From NCBI GenBank assembly GCA_964424305.1, contig CAYRHW010000002.1, positions 2,115-66,114 of the forward strand: a stretch of DNA of 64,000 bases. The letters are read 5' to 3'. The translations under genes and the position numbers were made by a program. Positions 31,069-41,277 of this stretch are shown here, one piece after another (the stretch's first letter is position 1; each line of letters starts with the position of its first letter). The stretch comes from an uncultured Candidatus Saccharibacteria bacterium (GTDB lineage Bacteria; Patescibacteriota; Minisyncoccia; Minisyncoccales; Staskawiczbacteraceae). The notes beneath the pieces were generated by a model. It had not been told where the DNA came from. It saw only the letters and a program-made list of their open reading frames with translations, and did not search any database.

Positions 31069-34000
31069 TTAATTAGTTGCTGTAATTATTCTTTTTTGCA
31101 TTCTGTCACGATAAAAGATGTAACCAGAAAAAATGAACATTAATATAATAACTAAAATTTTCCAATCAAAATATTTCACAAACCAATTGCTACTCTTAAG
31201 CTCGATATTTTCATGCACCCCAACCCCATTTTTAACCTCAAATTCTTCGCCCCTATAGGACGTGTAACCACGAGCCTCCACGGTTATATAATAACTCCCT
31301 TCCGGGACCAAGAAAGAATACTTACCAGTAACATCGGTTACTTGTGGGTTTGTTTGTTGATATTTCTTTGCTGGCCAAATCTCGTAGACTTTTGTCTCAG
31401 GGTTCATCCAGTATAGGGTGACCCTGCTATCTCTAATTCTTATCTGTCCTTCTGGCTTTTGGTAATAAATATAACCCTCTGGATCAACAACGACGATTAG
31501 GCTTGTTTGAGTTGATTTTATCTTTCTATCTTGATAATCAATGACCGTTGTAATTTCATAGTCCCCATCAACGGCTGGAGCAATTATATCTGCTATCCAA
31601 ATCCCATCTTTGTCTAGATCTAAATAATCAAACTCTTGTAAAACTAATCTATCTCCGTTATTGGCCACTTCCTCTTTGGGACTCCCCAGCAAAGAGGCAG
31701 TAATCAAATTTGAATCGCCCCCGTTCAAAGACACTGAATTTCTTTGCTTAACAAGGAAATAACCGGTTACCGCCCTTGCTTGCTTCTCTGGCTTAACAAT
31801 TAGTTGTAGCCCCTTATTTGAAATAACATCTATTTTCTGCTGTGGTTCACCCTCTTGGCTGATAGAAACATTGATATTTTGGTCAATTAGCCCGCCACCA
31901 GTTCTGGCGAAAACAATTTCAGTGGGTATTTTCATCTTTGCGCCATTGGTTAGATCGCCGATAGAAACTCCCGCTGGAGCAAATCCACCCGTACCCATAC
32001 TGGCTCCGGGCAAACTTACCATTTCCGCTAACCCGGGCAACACAAAGTTATTCCCCAACAATTTACTGACATCTGATGCCCTAGAGACACCTATCTCTCT
32101 AAACGCCGAATCCAACTGAGGTATCTTCTGAGAAAGGACGCTTAACTCTCTCGGCATCGGCCCCAGAATAAAGGTCTCAACATTCCCCACCGACAAAACA
32201 TCTATTTGTTTCCTAAATACAAATGGTGTTTCTTTCGTGACAACCTCCTCTATCGGAGGACTCTCTACGCTTGGTACCTGACCCGAACCTATTATTCCTC
32301 CTATCCCTTCCACCACCTTACCGATACCATTAACAATTTGCCCCGGCAGCTTAGTTATACCCTCGGCCACATTGCCGGTTGACTCAATCACCTCTCGGAC
32401 AATTGTTTTCTTCCCGAGATATATTGAATCAGAGTATGCCTCCGATGACTGACCGTAGGAAGTAAAGAATTTAACATAAACAGTTTTATCTCCATTTCCT
32501 TCTGGCAATACCCAGCGAACAATATCTTGATATGGTTGCTGAACTGCGTTTGTAAACTCTGGATTATTAGATATGGCCATTCGCTCAACGTCTGAGCCTG
32601 CTTTCAACAAAAGGACGACTTCTGGATTTTCTGTAATAGAGTCGTTGTTATTTATAAAAACTGAGAATCCCCCAGCAGGAATAACCGGCGCCACATAGGC
32701 ACCAGAAGGTAATCCACTACCACCACACCCCTTTGTATCTATGGTGGCTACATCGGTAAAACTAGTTTCTGCATCATTTCCATTTCTTGCTTTAACTCTA
32801 AAGGCATAATTGGTATCACAGGTTAAGCCAGAAGAAGACCAGAACAAAGATGTTACCCAACCAGAATTTGTATTGTTACTAGTGTTTTCGATATAGTATT
32901 GAGTGCCCGACGGGTTTGAATTGGCTGTCCAAGTGGCTGTAATTTGACTAAGAGAATCAGCGCTTAAGGTAAGGGAGGAAGGAATATTAGCTAAGGTGTA
33001 TTTAGAGGAAGGAAGAGAGTAGGCAGATACATTACCCATCACGTCTCTTGCCTGCACACGATAGGCGTATATTGTTCCTGGGTTAAGTGGCGTATCCACC
33101 AAAGTATTTGAAGCTTGCCATCCTAATTCAGTAGTATCTCTCTTAAATTGATAGGCGGCAGTAGCGTGAAGACCAGACTCTGAATCAGTGGCTGTATTAG
33201 CCACCACAGTTATGCCAGTTGTTGTGTCGGCTGTAGTTGAAGAAATCCCAATGTTGGTAGGTGGGGTTACATCCCCATAGTTAATATCTGCGTTACAAGT
33301 TTCATCAAAACTACAGAATATATCAAGGGCACAATCGGCGGTTACTGTACAAGCAGCACCTATGCCCCCACAAATATTATCGGTACCACAAAAGTGGCTA
33401 CCGCAATCGTTATTGGTGGTGCAGGAGCCACCAAGGGCCACAGCCTGAGTGGTTGCAGATAAGGTGCTGGAATAATTAGAGATGTTTCCTGTTGCATCTT
33501 TGGCTCTGACTTCGTATGTATATTGAGTGTTTGGAGTTAAGCCTGAATCTACATGTGTTGTTGAGGATTGCCAACCAGATGAAGTTGCTCCTGGGTTGCC
33601 AGTAGTTTCTTGGAATTGATATGGGCTGGCATCTAATCCTGAGCCACTGTTATCTGTTGCTGTTCCGCTAACAACTGTAATTTGAGTTGATGAGTTGGCC
33701 GTTGCAGAAGATAGCGCAACGGTCGGAGGGGTAAATACCCAATTTAGGTTGTTGCCACTACTGGTGAAATAGCTTCCTGTGATTTGCTTGCCGACACCAA
33801 CCAATGCATCAGAATCTTTAACATCAACATAGCTCACGGCTAGAGTTGCAGTTGGATCAACGCTCAACTTCCATTGGGTCGGAGTAGAATTTGATCTTAA
33901 GCTTAACAAATTTCCTGCAATTCCATTCAGAGTAATGGTTCCACCTGCAGCGATTGATGTTGTGGATCCGGAAGCGAAGGTTAGGGTGCGTGCAGTGGTG

Positions 34001-37000
34001 ACGGATTTGGTTAGGTTATAGAAGGTGGTGTCGCCGGTGATGGATTGGTTGGTACCATTAAAGGTAACGGCTCCGGTGGTTGTAGAAAATGCACCGTTGT
34101 TTGCCCAGTTTCCGCCAACAGAAATATTATGGCTTCCCATGGTTAAGGTTGAGCCAGCATTAACAACTAAGTTGCCACCAGTACTAATATTTGAGCTAGG
34201 GGTAAATGTGGAAGATGTCGTGTATTTATTGAAATTCAAGAGTCCTCCGGCGGTGATGCCAGCGACCGTGTTTGAGCTACCTTCAGCGGTTAAACCTATG
34301 TCGGCACTGCCCGTTGTAACCAAGTCTCCACTGAGTACTAAGGTTTTGTTGTAAACAATAGTTGTGCTAGCAGAATTGGTCATTGTGCCAACAGTTAAAT
34401 TTCCCGTTGAACTATTTGTAACCCATATATTGTTATGATTTCCAGTTATGTTGATACCACCTGAGACGGCAGCGGGTATTGTGTGAGAACCAAAGCCGCC
34501 AATATCGTAATTATCTGCCGTCAAGTTCAATGTTGTTGCGGTTATAGTGGAAGAACCATCTCCATAAATTGGCCCAGAGTTGGTAAGGTTTACGGTTGTA
34601 GCTCCAATTGCTCCGGTTATATTTAATCCAGCTGCAACTTTATCCACCAGCGTAAATGTTTTTCCGCTGGCGCTGACTGTGCTAAGATTTGTAATATTAT
34701 TATTTGCATTATCAAGAGTGCTGGTTCCGCCGGTATTTGTATAAACAAAAGTGGTGGCTGTTAGCGGACCGGATTGAGTTGTGGTGCCGGTATTGGTTGA
34801 GTTATTAAGGGTAAATGTGCGTCCTGTGGTGTTGATGGTGCCAAGGGCGTTGATGGTGTTAAAAACGCTGGACAATGTAGTGTCGGCACTTGTATTTGTA
34901 TAAATAAAAGTATCCGCCCTCATAGGGTTCGACTGTGTGGTGGTGACCGTGTTGACAAGAGTGAATGTTCTTCCGCTAACGTCAATTGTGCCAAGGGCGC
35001 TGATTGCGTTTTGTTGGTCAAGCGTGGTGTTAGCTGATGTGTTTGTATAAATAAAAGTAGACGCAGTTAAAACTCCTGTTTGGGTGGTTGCGGCAGTGTT
35101 GGTAAGAGTGAATGTTCGGCCCGTGGCATTGATTGTGCCAAGCGCGCTAATTACATTGCTTTGGTTAAGCGTAGTATTTGCCGAGGTGTTTGTATAATTA
35201 AATGTAGCGGCGGTTAACGCCCCAGTCTGAGTTGTGGCAACGGTGTTTGTGAGGGTGAATGTTCTCCCTGCGGCACTAGCATTAAAACCACTAATCGCAT
35301 TATTTTGATCAAGTGTAGTATTAGCTAAAGTATTAATATAGGTGAAACCAGCGGCGGTTAAGACGCCGGTTTGAGTGGTGGCGACTGTGTTGGTAAGCCT
35401 AAACACCATATTAGTACAATTAATTGTACCTAGCGTGCTGATAACATTTGATTGAGTTAGCGTTGAATCGTTTGAAGTATTTGTATATACGAAAGTGCCG
35501 GCGGTTAACACGCCCGTTTGAGTAGTTGCAACGGTGTTTTTTAAATTGAACGTGCGGCCAGCGGCATTAATCGTTCCAAGTATCCCGATTGCATTGCTTT
35601 GAGTTAATGTCGTGTCGGCCGATGTGTTGGTGTAGACAAAGGTTCCAGCTGTTAAAACTCCAGACTGAGTTGTGGTTGCAGTGTTTACAAGAGTTACTGT
35701 TTGCCCGGTGGCAGTAATTGTGCCCAAAGCCGAAATTGCATTTGTTGCGCTGTCTAATGTTGTGGCTCCAACAGAGTTGCTTATTGCTAAGGTCCCGACG
35801 GTAATTGTGCTTCCAGCATACTGAGTAATACTACCACCCGTGTCTGCTAAACTTAGAGTTCCTGTAACGCTTGAAGTGTCAATCACAAGCGGAGTTGCTT
35901 GAACTGTTTTAATGTATGCATTGCGACCGGTTTGAGTTGTTAATTTCAATGTTCCCGTAACTGCCACATCTATTTCTAAATTGGCCCCACTGGCGCCTAT
36001 ATCATAACTAGTGCCATTAGTAATCATCTCTAGATTAACAGCGGAAATTGGGTTAGTCCCAGCACTGGCTTCTTTAATTCTTGATGCTTGGAGCTTAAAA
36101 CTAGTGTTACTGAAATTAATTGGACCATAAATGTTCGCTGTATTTAAGGAGCCAGTCAATCCTGCTTTCCCCATAATAATTTTACTATTAACCCCAGTCA
36201 CTCCCGCGCCAATAGTCACCAAGCCGGTAGGGTCAGCATCAAAGCCAGTGCCTAAGTCTTTTCTACCACCAAGAGCCATCCCAACGTTAGTTCCTCCGGA
36301 TGGTAGAAGGCTAAGAGTCCCCGTAGTAACAAATCCGCCGGTTGGAGTATTCCCCGGAGTATATCTATTAGTAGTAATCGTTATATTTCCAGCACCGGCC
36401 GAAATTGCGATACCATCACTTTGCTGATAAAGGCCGGAACCGCAATTAATCGACACGTCGCTGCCAGAACCATAGGTTGTGTCTACATTACCGGTAACCC
36501 AAATACCGGTGTTACCATTAGTTATGGTCAGCACCCCGCGTAAGGTTGTAACTCCCAAATATTGGATTGCGTTTGTTTGCGTTCCAAGATTTAATCCTCC
36601 GCCGGTGTCTGTAACAGACAAAGTTCCGGCAGTTACGGCGCCGGTTTGATCCAGGGCGAGGGTATTTTTTAAGGTTACCGTCTGACCGGTTGCATTTATC
36701 GTCCCCAAATGAGTTATGGCATTTGTCGTACTGTCTAGTGTTGTTGCTCCAACTGTGTTGTTTATTGCTAGTGTTCCGGCAGTAATTGTGGTTGATGCGG
36801 CCTGAGTTATCGCGCCACTTGTATCATTAAACAAACTCAATTTGCCACCGACAGTTGAGGTTCCAATTGCGTATCCAGAAGCAGAAGCAGACTCCACATA
36901 TGCATTGTTAGAACCCGCTGTCGCCAAATTAACAGTTGTTACAGCAAAATCAATTGCGGAAGCAAAGGATGCTCCGATATCTCCGGTATAAGCATTAAGC

Positions 37001-40000
37001 GTTAGGGTTGTAGCAGTAATTGCTCTTACTTTCCCTCCGTCTGTGATAGATCCTGCGTTTAATGTTAATGTTTTGCCCGTGAATGCAACGGCGGCACCAA
37101 TAGTCAAAGCTCCAGTGCTTGAAGTGCTTCCAATTACGATTGGGCCAGTTGCTCCGGTCAAAATAGTTGATATTTCATCTGCAGACAAGTCAAACGCCCC
37201 ACCGCCGCCCAACGACATGGTTGTGCTTGCGGTTGATGGCTTTAATGTTAAGGTTCCAGAAGTTGCAAATGGATTATTACCAGAATTAATATTAATTTGT
37301 ATTACATCGGCAGTGATAGTAATAGCACCGCCAATTGTTGAAGTTAAATCTCGGTTGGCATATTGCGAATAAGTTCCGGTACCGCAATTAATTGCTATCG
37401 TGCCGTTTGAAGTTACAGATATGTCTCCATCAACATTAAGGCTAGCATTAGAATTCGTAAAACTAAAATCTCCAACGGAACTCGAATCACGCATTAACGT
37501 AACAGCATTAGCACCACCCAAATTAACTGTGGAGCTACCGATTACTGATAAGTTGAGCGCGTTAATTACTCCGCTTTGCGCAACTGCCCCGATTGAAGTT
37601 AAATAAAATGTTGCGCTGGTTGTTACGTTTCCTAAATTTGTACTATCGCCGGTTGAATTAAGATAAATAATACCTGAACTGTTCCCAATTACTATTGCGC
37701 CGGTTGTTTTAACATCTAAATAATCGCCACTGGCTCCGATATCGCCACCGCCCACGAGCGTAAGCGCCCCTGTTCCCAAATCAAAATTGTCTGCAGTTGT
37801 GTTTCCATCTGTCATCGCGGTATTAAAATTAACCGTAACTGCTTTGTTAGACACAGTAGTGATTTTTAAAATATCTGTTGCCGTCCCACCATTAATCGTT
37901 GTGTCGGTATTGAATGTTACATTGTTAATATCCAAAGCTCCCGTGTTGCCAGCGGCTCCAATTGTTAAACTTGTGCAATTGGAATTAATTGCCAATATTT
38001 CTTGGTCGCTCAAATTAAATGTTCCGGTTGGCGAACCATCTCCAATACCAACGGTTGCGTTGGTCGTTTCCGGTTTTATTGTTAAAGTTCCAAGCACATT
38101 AATACTTGAGCCAGCAGAAGTACCAAGCTCCATCCCATCACCAATTAGCGTGGTAGTGCTATCCTGTGTCCCTCCGGAAATTCCATACACGCCTTGGGTA
38201 AATGTCCCATTCCCGACATCAATTAAAAGCGATGTTCCAAAACTTATCTGACCAGTCAGAGCAAGATTATTACTCCCGTTATCTAAAGAAAATCCTTCTG
38301 AGACAACAGTATCATATAGGTTTGAAATATTATTTATATTGCCGTTTAGGTCTACATTACTAACACCGTAGCCACCAACGGCTAGGGTTGTTGCCGATAT
38401 TGCTGCTGATTGAAAAACCTCGTCTGCCGATTCAATTGTTAATAAATTTATCTGTCCTGAGCCATTTTTAACCGCACCATTAAAATCTAACGGACCAGTA
38501 AAGGCTCGAATATTTAAATTATCCTTCGTCTCAATGGCACCCAAATTACAACCAGAGCCACAAACCATTATTATGCTTGTGTCGTAACTACTAGATAGGG
38601 CAGATATTGTGCCCGCCGATGAATCAATCACACTGACGCCCGCACCATAGCCAATCTCAATGGTTGCATCGTTGACTATTAAATTTCCCGTAATAATTAA
38701 AGAATTTAATGCATTGCCATCTGCAATTTTAAACGGATGGCCATTGGAGAAATAGTTTATACTAGAAATTGTTAAATCAGATGCTCCGGCGTTAGTCCCG
38801 GCATCCAAATATAAATAATTAGAATAAATATTTCCAGGTGAATTATTAAATGACCCAGAACCAGAATTGTCTGTATCAACTTTTAAATACACAACCCTTT
38901 CTGGGGTACCCACGGTACCGATATCTCCAGTTTGAGCAATGTTGCCAGTTGAATAAATATATGTGTCTGCCACTCCTCCTCCACCGCTACAACCCTCGGT
39001 GACGCCACCAATAGATACCGAAGACGGTGCATAAACGTTTCCGATCCTAAGGTCTCCACTACAGGTCTGCACACCAGTAAGCGTAAAAGAGCCAGATCCG
39101 GCATAGGTCCCGTTTAGGCCGATTACACCAGTGTCGTCAGAATAAATTGACCCGCCAGTTTGATTAATCGAGCCGGCGCTGACAAGAAGTTGGCCTCCGT
39201 TTGACCAAATATTTCCACCGCTCAGTAATAACGTCCCATTTATAGTTAACAGAATACCATCGCTTGGATTGATATTTCCTCCAGCCATTGATAAATTGCC
39301 GGCAACTGTGATGGCACTTGTCATATATATGGTGCTATCGTATCCAGCCGAAATAGTCATGGCGGCCACACTAACATCAGACATAGCAACTGCATCATTA
39401 TCGCAATCGCCGTCAAAAATAATTGTGTCGTCAACGGTTGGCGCAGAACCAGCGTCCCCCCCACCACAACCAGAAGGATCTGTTGTTTTCCAGGCACTAC
39501 CAGTAGCAAGATTTATATTATCAAAAGCATTTCCCACCCAATATAGCGTCCTTCCCTCCGGGTCGGTAATTAAATCAAAATTAACACTTCCAATAACCCT
39601 TAGGTCAAATGAATCAGTTGGCGCTGGAAGGTTTGTAAGAAAGAGTTTGTATTTGGCCTCGTCGGTAATATTGAAGGTGGTAATTAAATTTTTGCCGTTC
39701 TTCTCATATACTTCAACTTGAGCCGGATTTCCGTCGGCTGATTTCGCATATAGAGTAATGTCGTTTACACTTGTGAGTTCTTTTTCAAATACTGCTCTTA
39801 CATATTCACCGCTGTTAACTGTTTCTGACCAAACTCCGTCTTGCGCTTTTGTCTGGTCATAAATATCAGAAATTAATTCTTTGCTAGCATCCAGGTGCCA
39901 CGCCCCGGTGATATTGATAACGATTGTATATGTTTGAGTTGAAAGGTGAGGAACAATCCATTCAATGTAATCTATAAATCCATTATTGTTTAAATCATAG

Positions 40001-41145
40001 GCCGTGAATACTGTTGGTTCTTGCGTCCCATCTGGTAATTCATGAAAAATCTTTATAGCTTCCTGTCTATCTATGGGGATGGTATCGTCTAACTCAGTGA
40101 AAGCAAGAACGTTGGTATATTGTAGCTCGTCGGGGGCGGAGATGGTGACTTCCTTCTCCTGTTGAATTGGATCATTATTGGTGATGACCTCTGTAATTTC
40201 TGGAGCAGGTGTTTCGTATTCAACGGTGACGAATTGCACCTCTGGAGCAGGAACCTCTACTTGTGGTTGTTCCGTTGGAGTTTCCTCTATTATTGGTTCC
40301 TCAACAACCGGCTGTTCTTCTGTTATCGGCGTTGTCTCGGGCTCCGCTGGTGTCACTTCTGGGCTTGCAGGAACCTCCTCTGTAGCTGGCGTTTCAACGA
40401 CTGGTTGTTCCTCGGAGATAGATGGCGCCTGATCAACTAAGTTCCCCACATCAACAAAAACAGCGTCTGGTGTTTGGACGACATCTGTATCTTCTCCACC
40501 CACCAACTGAGAGACCAACTGATCGACCGTGGTCTCAACGCTGGCAGTAGCTCTTTTAATGTAATTCAAAACACTGCCCAAGGCTGACCTCAATGGATTA
40601 ATCTTGGCGATCTGAATACTCTGTTTTGCTTGGGCGATAAACTGCTGCCTGCTCCCCAATGTAATTACTTCTTTTGAGGGAGTGACTCTCTTCGAAATTG
40701 TCTTAACAACAACATTGCTAACTGATTTTGGAAGCTTGATGAAAGATTGGCCGCTCTTAATGATACTGACTGGGATTGTCTTTGTTTGTCTTACTATTTG
40801 GCCTGCAATAATCTGTGGCTTGTCTTCGTAGTATATTCCATTCTTGGCAACTATCTTTGCTTCGGGAACATTTGAGAAAATGATGGAGAAAAAACTGACA
40901 ACACTCAAAAGTGCGATCAAAAGTAGGCCAAGAGAAAAGGCAAGGGTTACTTCTTCTTTTCTTTTCTTGTTGCGAATAAATTCTTTTACAAACTCTGGTT
41001 TGATGAAACTGTGGAAAGTTGCTTTACCCCTCTTCTTTTTCTTTGGAAAGAGAGAAATGATAGAAGATTGGATTTTAGCAAACCATTCTTTGAGAGAAAC
41101 AAAAACATCTTTTAGTGTTTCTGTAATTTGTTGCAGAGTTAACAT
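31069..41145 (-). CDS. giant cell-surface protein 2 (3358 aa), paralog of giant 1 at both termini with a different middle
   Basis: The N-terminal about 60 aa, the TM helix, the acidic P/E-rich linker and the about 150-aa post-linker domain are all homologous to giant 1. The middle is T/S/G/N-rich beta-helix-like with 48-aa tandem repeats (TFTLTNTVATTQTGVLTAGTFVYTNTSANTTLDQSNAISALGTINATGR). There are two FN3 domains and a Cys-rich knot (GGSCTTNNDCGSHFCGTDNICGG). The C-terminal conserved domain and TM helix are homologous to giant 1 (DPEGYIYYQ...WPAK.YQQ.NPQ.TD.TG.Y.F..P.G.Y...EA.GY..YRGE). Confidence 0.85.
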   Translation of the reverse strand: MLTLQQITETLKDVFVSLKEWFAKIQSSIISLFPKKKKRGKATFHSFIKPEFVKEFIRNKKRKEEVTLAFSLGLLLIALLSVVSFFSIIFSNVPEAKIVAKNGIYYEDKPQIIAGQIVRQTKTIPVSIIKSGQSFIKLPKSVSNVVVKTISKRVTPSKEVITLGSRQQFIAQAKQSIQIAKINPLRSALGSVLNYIKRATASVETTVDQLVSQLVGGEDTDVVQTPDAVFVDVGNLVDQAPSISEEQPVVETPATEEVPASPEVTPAEPETTPITEEQPVVEEPIIEETPTEQPQVEVPAPEVQFVTVEYETPAPEITEVITNNDPIQQEKEVTISAPDELQYTNVLAFTELDDTIPIDRQEAIKIFHELPDGTQEPTVFTAYDLNNNGFIDYIEWIVPHLSTQTYTIVINITGAWHLDASKELISDIYDQTKAQDGVWSETVNSGEYVRAVFEKELTSVNDITLYAKSADGNPAQVEVYEKNGKNLITTFNITDEAKYKLFLTNLPAPTDSFDLRVIGSVNFDLITDPEGRTLYWVGNAFDNINLATGSAWKTTDPSGCGGGDAGSAPTVDDTIIFDGDCDNDAVAMSDVSVAAMTISAGYDSTIYMTSAITVAGNLSMAGGNINPSDGILLTINGTLLLSGGNIWSNGGQLLVSAGSINQTGGSIYSDDTGVIGLNGTYAGSGSFTLTGVQTCSGDLRIGNVYAPSSVSIGGVTEGCSGGGGVADTYIYSTGNIAQTGDIGTVGTPERVVYLKVDTDNSGSGSFNNSPGNIYSNYLYLDAGTNAGASDLTISSINYFSNGHPFKIADGNALNSLIITGNLIVNDATIEIGYGAGVSVIDSSAGTISALSSSYDTSIIMVCGSGCNLGAIETKDNLNIRAFTGPLDFNGAVKNGSGQINLLTIESADEVFQSAAISATTLAVGGYGVSNVDLNGNINNISNLYDTVVSEGFSLDNGSNNLALTGQISFGTSLLIDVGNGTFTQGVYGISGGTQDSTTTLIGDGMELGTSAGSSINVLGTLTIKPETTNATVGIGDGSPTGTFNLSDQEILAINSNCTSLTIGAAGNTGALDINNVTFNTDTTINGGTATDILKITTVSNKAVTVNFNTAMTDGNTTADNFDLGTGALTLVGGGDIGASGDYLDVKTTGAIVIGNSSGIIYLNSTGDSTNLGNVTTSATFYLTSIGAVAQSGVINALNLSVIGSSTVNLGGANAVTLMRDSSSVGDFSFTNSNASLNVDGDISVTSNGTIAINCGTGTYSQYANRDLTSTIGGAITITADVIQININSGNNPFATSGTLTLKPSTASTTMSLGGGGAFDLSADEISTILTGATGPIVIGSTSSTGALTIGAAVAFTGKTLTLNAGSITDGGKVRAITATTLTLNAYTGDIGASFASAIDFAVTTVNLATAGSNNAYVESASASGYAIGTSTVGGKLSLFNDTSGAITQAASTTITAGTLAINNTVGATTLDSTTNAITHLGTINATGQTVTLKNTLALDQTGAVTAGTLSVTDTGGGLNLGTQTNAIQYLGVTTLRGVLTITNGNTGIWVTGNVDTTYGSGSDVSINCGSGLYQQSDGIAISAGAGNITITTNRYTPGNTPTGGFVTTGTLSLLPSGGTNVGMALGGRKDLGTGFDADPTGLVTIGAGVTGVNSKIIMGKAGLTGSLNTANIYGPINFSNTSFKLQASRIKEASAGTNPISAVNLEMITNGTSYDIGASGANLEIDVAVTGTLKLTTQTGRNAYIKTVQATPLVIDTSSVTGTLSLADTGGSITQYAGSTITVGTLAISNSVGATTLDSATNAISALGTITATGQTVTLVNTATTTQSGVLTAGTFVYTNTSADTTLTQSNAIGILGTINAAGRTFNLKNTVATTQTGVLTAGTFVYTNTSNDSTLTQSNVISTLGTINCTNMVFRLTNTVATTQTGVLTAAGFTYINTLANTTLDQNNAISGFNASAAGRTFTLTNTVATTQTGALTAATFNYTNTSANTTLNQSNVISALGTINATGRTFTLTNTAATTQTGVLTASTFIYTNTSANTTLDQQNAISALGTIDVSGRTFTLVNTVTTTQSNPMRADTFIYTNTSADTTLSSVFNTINALGTINTTGRTFTLNNSTNTGTTTQSGPLTATTFVYTNTGGTSTLDNANNNITNLSTVSASGKTFTLVDKVAAGLNITGAIGATTVNLTNSGPIYGDGSSTITATTLNLTADNYDIGGFGSHTIPAAVSGGINITGNHNNIWVTNSSTGNLTVGTMTNSASTTIVYNKTLVLSGDLVTTGSADIGLTAEGSSNTVAGITAGGLLNFNKYTTSSTFTPSSNISTGGNLVVNAGSTLTMGSHNISVGGNWANNGAFSTTTGAVTFNGTNQSITGDTTFYNLTKSVTTARTLTFASGSTTSIAAGGTITLNGIAGNLLSLRSNSTPTQWKLSVDPTATLAVSYVDVKDSDALVGVGKQITGSYFTSSGNNLNWVFTPPTVALSSATANSSTQITVVSGTATDNSGSGLDASPYQFQETTGNPGATSSGWQSSTTHVDSGLTPNTQYTYEVRAKDATGNISNYSSTLSATTQAVALGGSCTTNNDCGSHFCGTDNICGGIGAACTVTADCALDIFCSFDETCNADINYGDVTPPTNIGISSTTADTTTGITVVANTATDSESGLHATAAYQFKRDTTELGWQASNTLVDTPLNPGTIYAYRVQARDVMGNVSAYSLPSSKYTLANIPSSLTLSADSLSQITATWTANSNPSGTQYYIENTSNNTNSGWVTSLFWSSSGLTCDTNYAFRVKARNGNDAETSFTDVATIDTKGCGGSGLPSGAYVAPVIPAGGFSVFINNNDSITENPEVVLLLKAGSDVERMAISNNPEFTNAVQQPYQDIVRWVLPEGNGDKTVYVKFFTSYGQSSEAYSDSIYLGKKTIVREVIESTGNVAEGITKLPGQIVNGIGKVVEGIGGIIGSGQVPSVESPPIEEVVTKETPFVFRKQIDVLSVGNVETFILGPMPRELSVLSQKIPQLDSAFREIGVSRASDVSKLLGNNFVLPGLAEMVSLPGASMGTGGFAPAGVSIGDLTNGAKMKIPTEIVFARTGGGLIDQNINVSISQEGEPQQKIDVISNKGLQLIVKPEKQARAVTGYFLVKQRNSVSLNGGDSNLITASLLGSPKEEVANNGDRLVLQEFDYLDLDKDGIWIADIIAPAVDGDYEITTVIDYQDRKIKSTQTSLIVVVDPEGYIYYQKPEGQIRIRDSRVTLYWMNPETKVYEIWPAKKYQQTNPQVTDVTGKYSFLVPEGSYYITVEARGYTSYRGEEFEVKNGVGVHENIELKSSNWFVKYFDWKILVIILMFIFSGYIFYRDRMQKRIITATN
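34650..36900 (-). repeat. intragenic tandem 144-bp (48-aa) repeats (about 10 copies) plus a larger about 1-kb internal duplication in giant protein 2
   Basis: Periodic near-identical DNA units (…gtgaatgttc[tg]ncc.gt.gc…attgtgccaag.gcgct.at…) and the repeated TFTL.NT..TTQ.G peptide are visible. Confidence 0.7.
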
Positions 41146-41238
41146 TTAACTATTGTATAAATTAAAAATACAAAAGATACCTTTTCGAATATTAATAAAT
41201 TATACACAATAAATTATTGTAAAGCAAATATCTAAAAG

Positions 41239-41267
41239 TTGACCTATTAATTTTAATTTGATATACT
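41239..41267 (+). promoter_or_regulatory. sigma-70-type promoter (-35 TTGACC, 17 bp, -10 TATACT) for the 41278-44466 plus-strand operon
   Basis: Consensus-like hexamers with 17-bp spacing lie about 10 bp upstream of the first ATG. Confidence 0.5.
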
Positions 41268-41277
41268 GGCACTATCA

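Noticed and set aside
24500-36900. CRISPR array or DGR template/variable-repeat pair as the explanation for the tandem DNA repeats
   Set aside because: The repeats are in-frame protein-coding units with no unique spacers. No reverse transcriptase or cas genes are in the window.
17600-41100. Numerous plus-strand ORFs (60-270 aa) inside the two giant genes, such as 21109..21663, 21976..22557, 37787..38251 and 39269..39721
   Set aside because: They are antisense translations of low-complexity repeat-rich coding DNA (Pro/Val/Leu-rich), which gives long stop-free shadow frames. The minus-strand giant ORFs are continuous across them.
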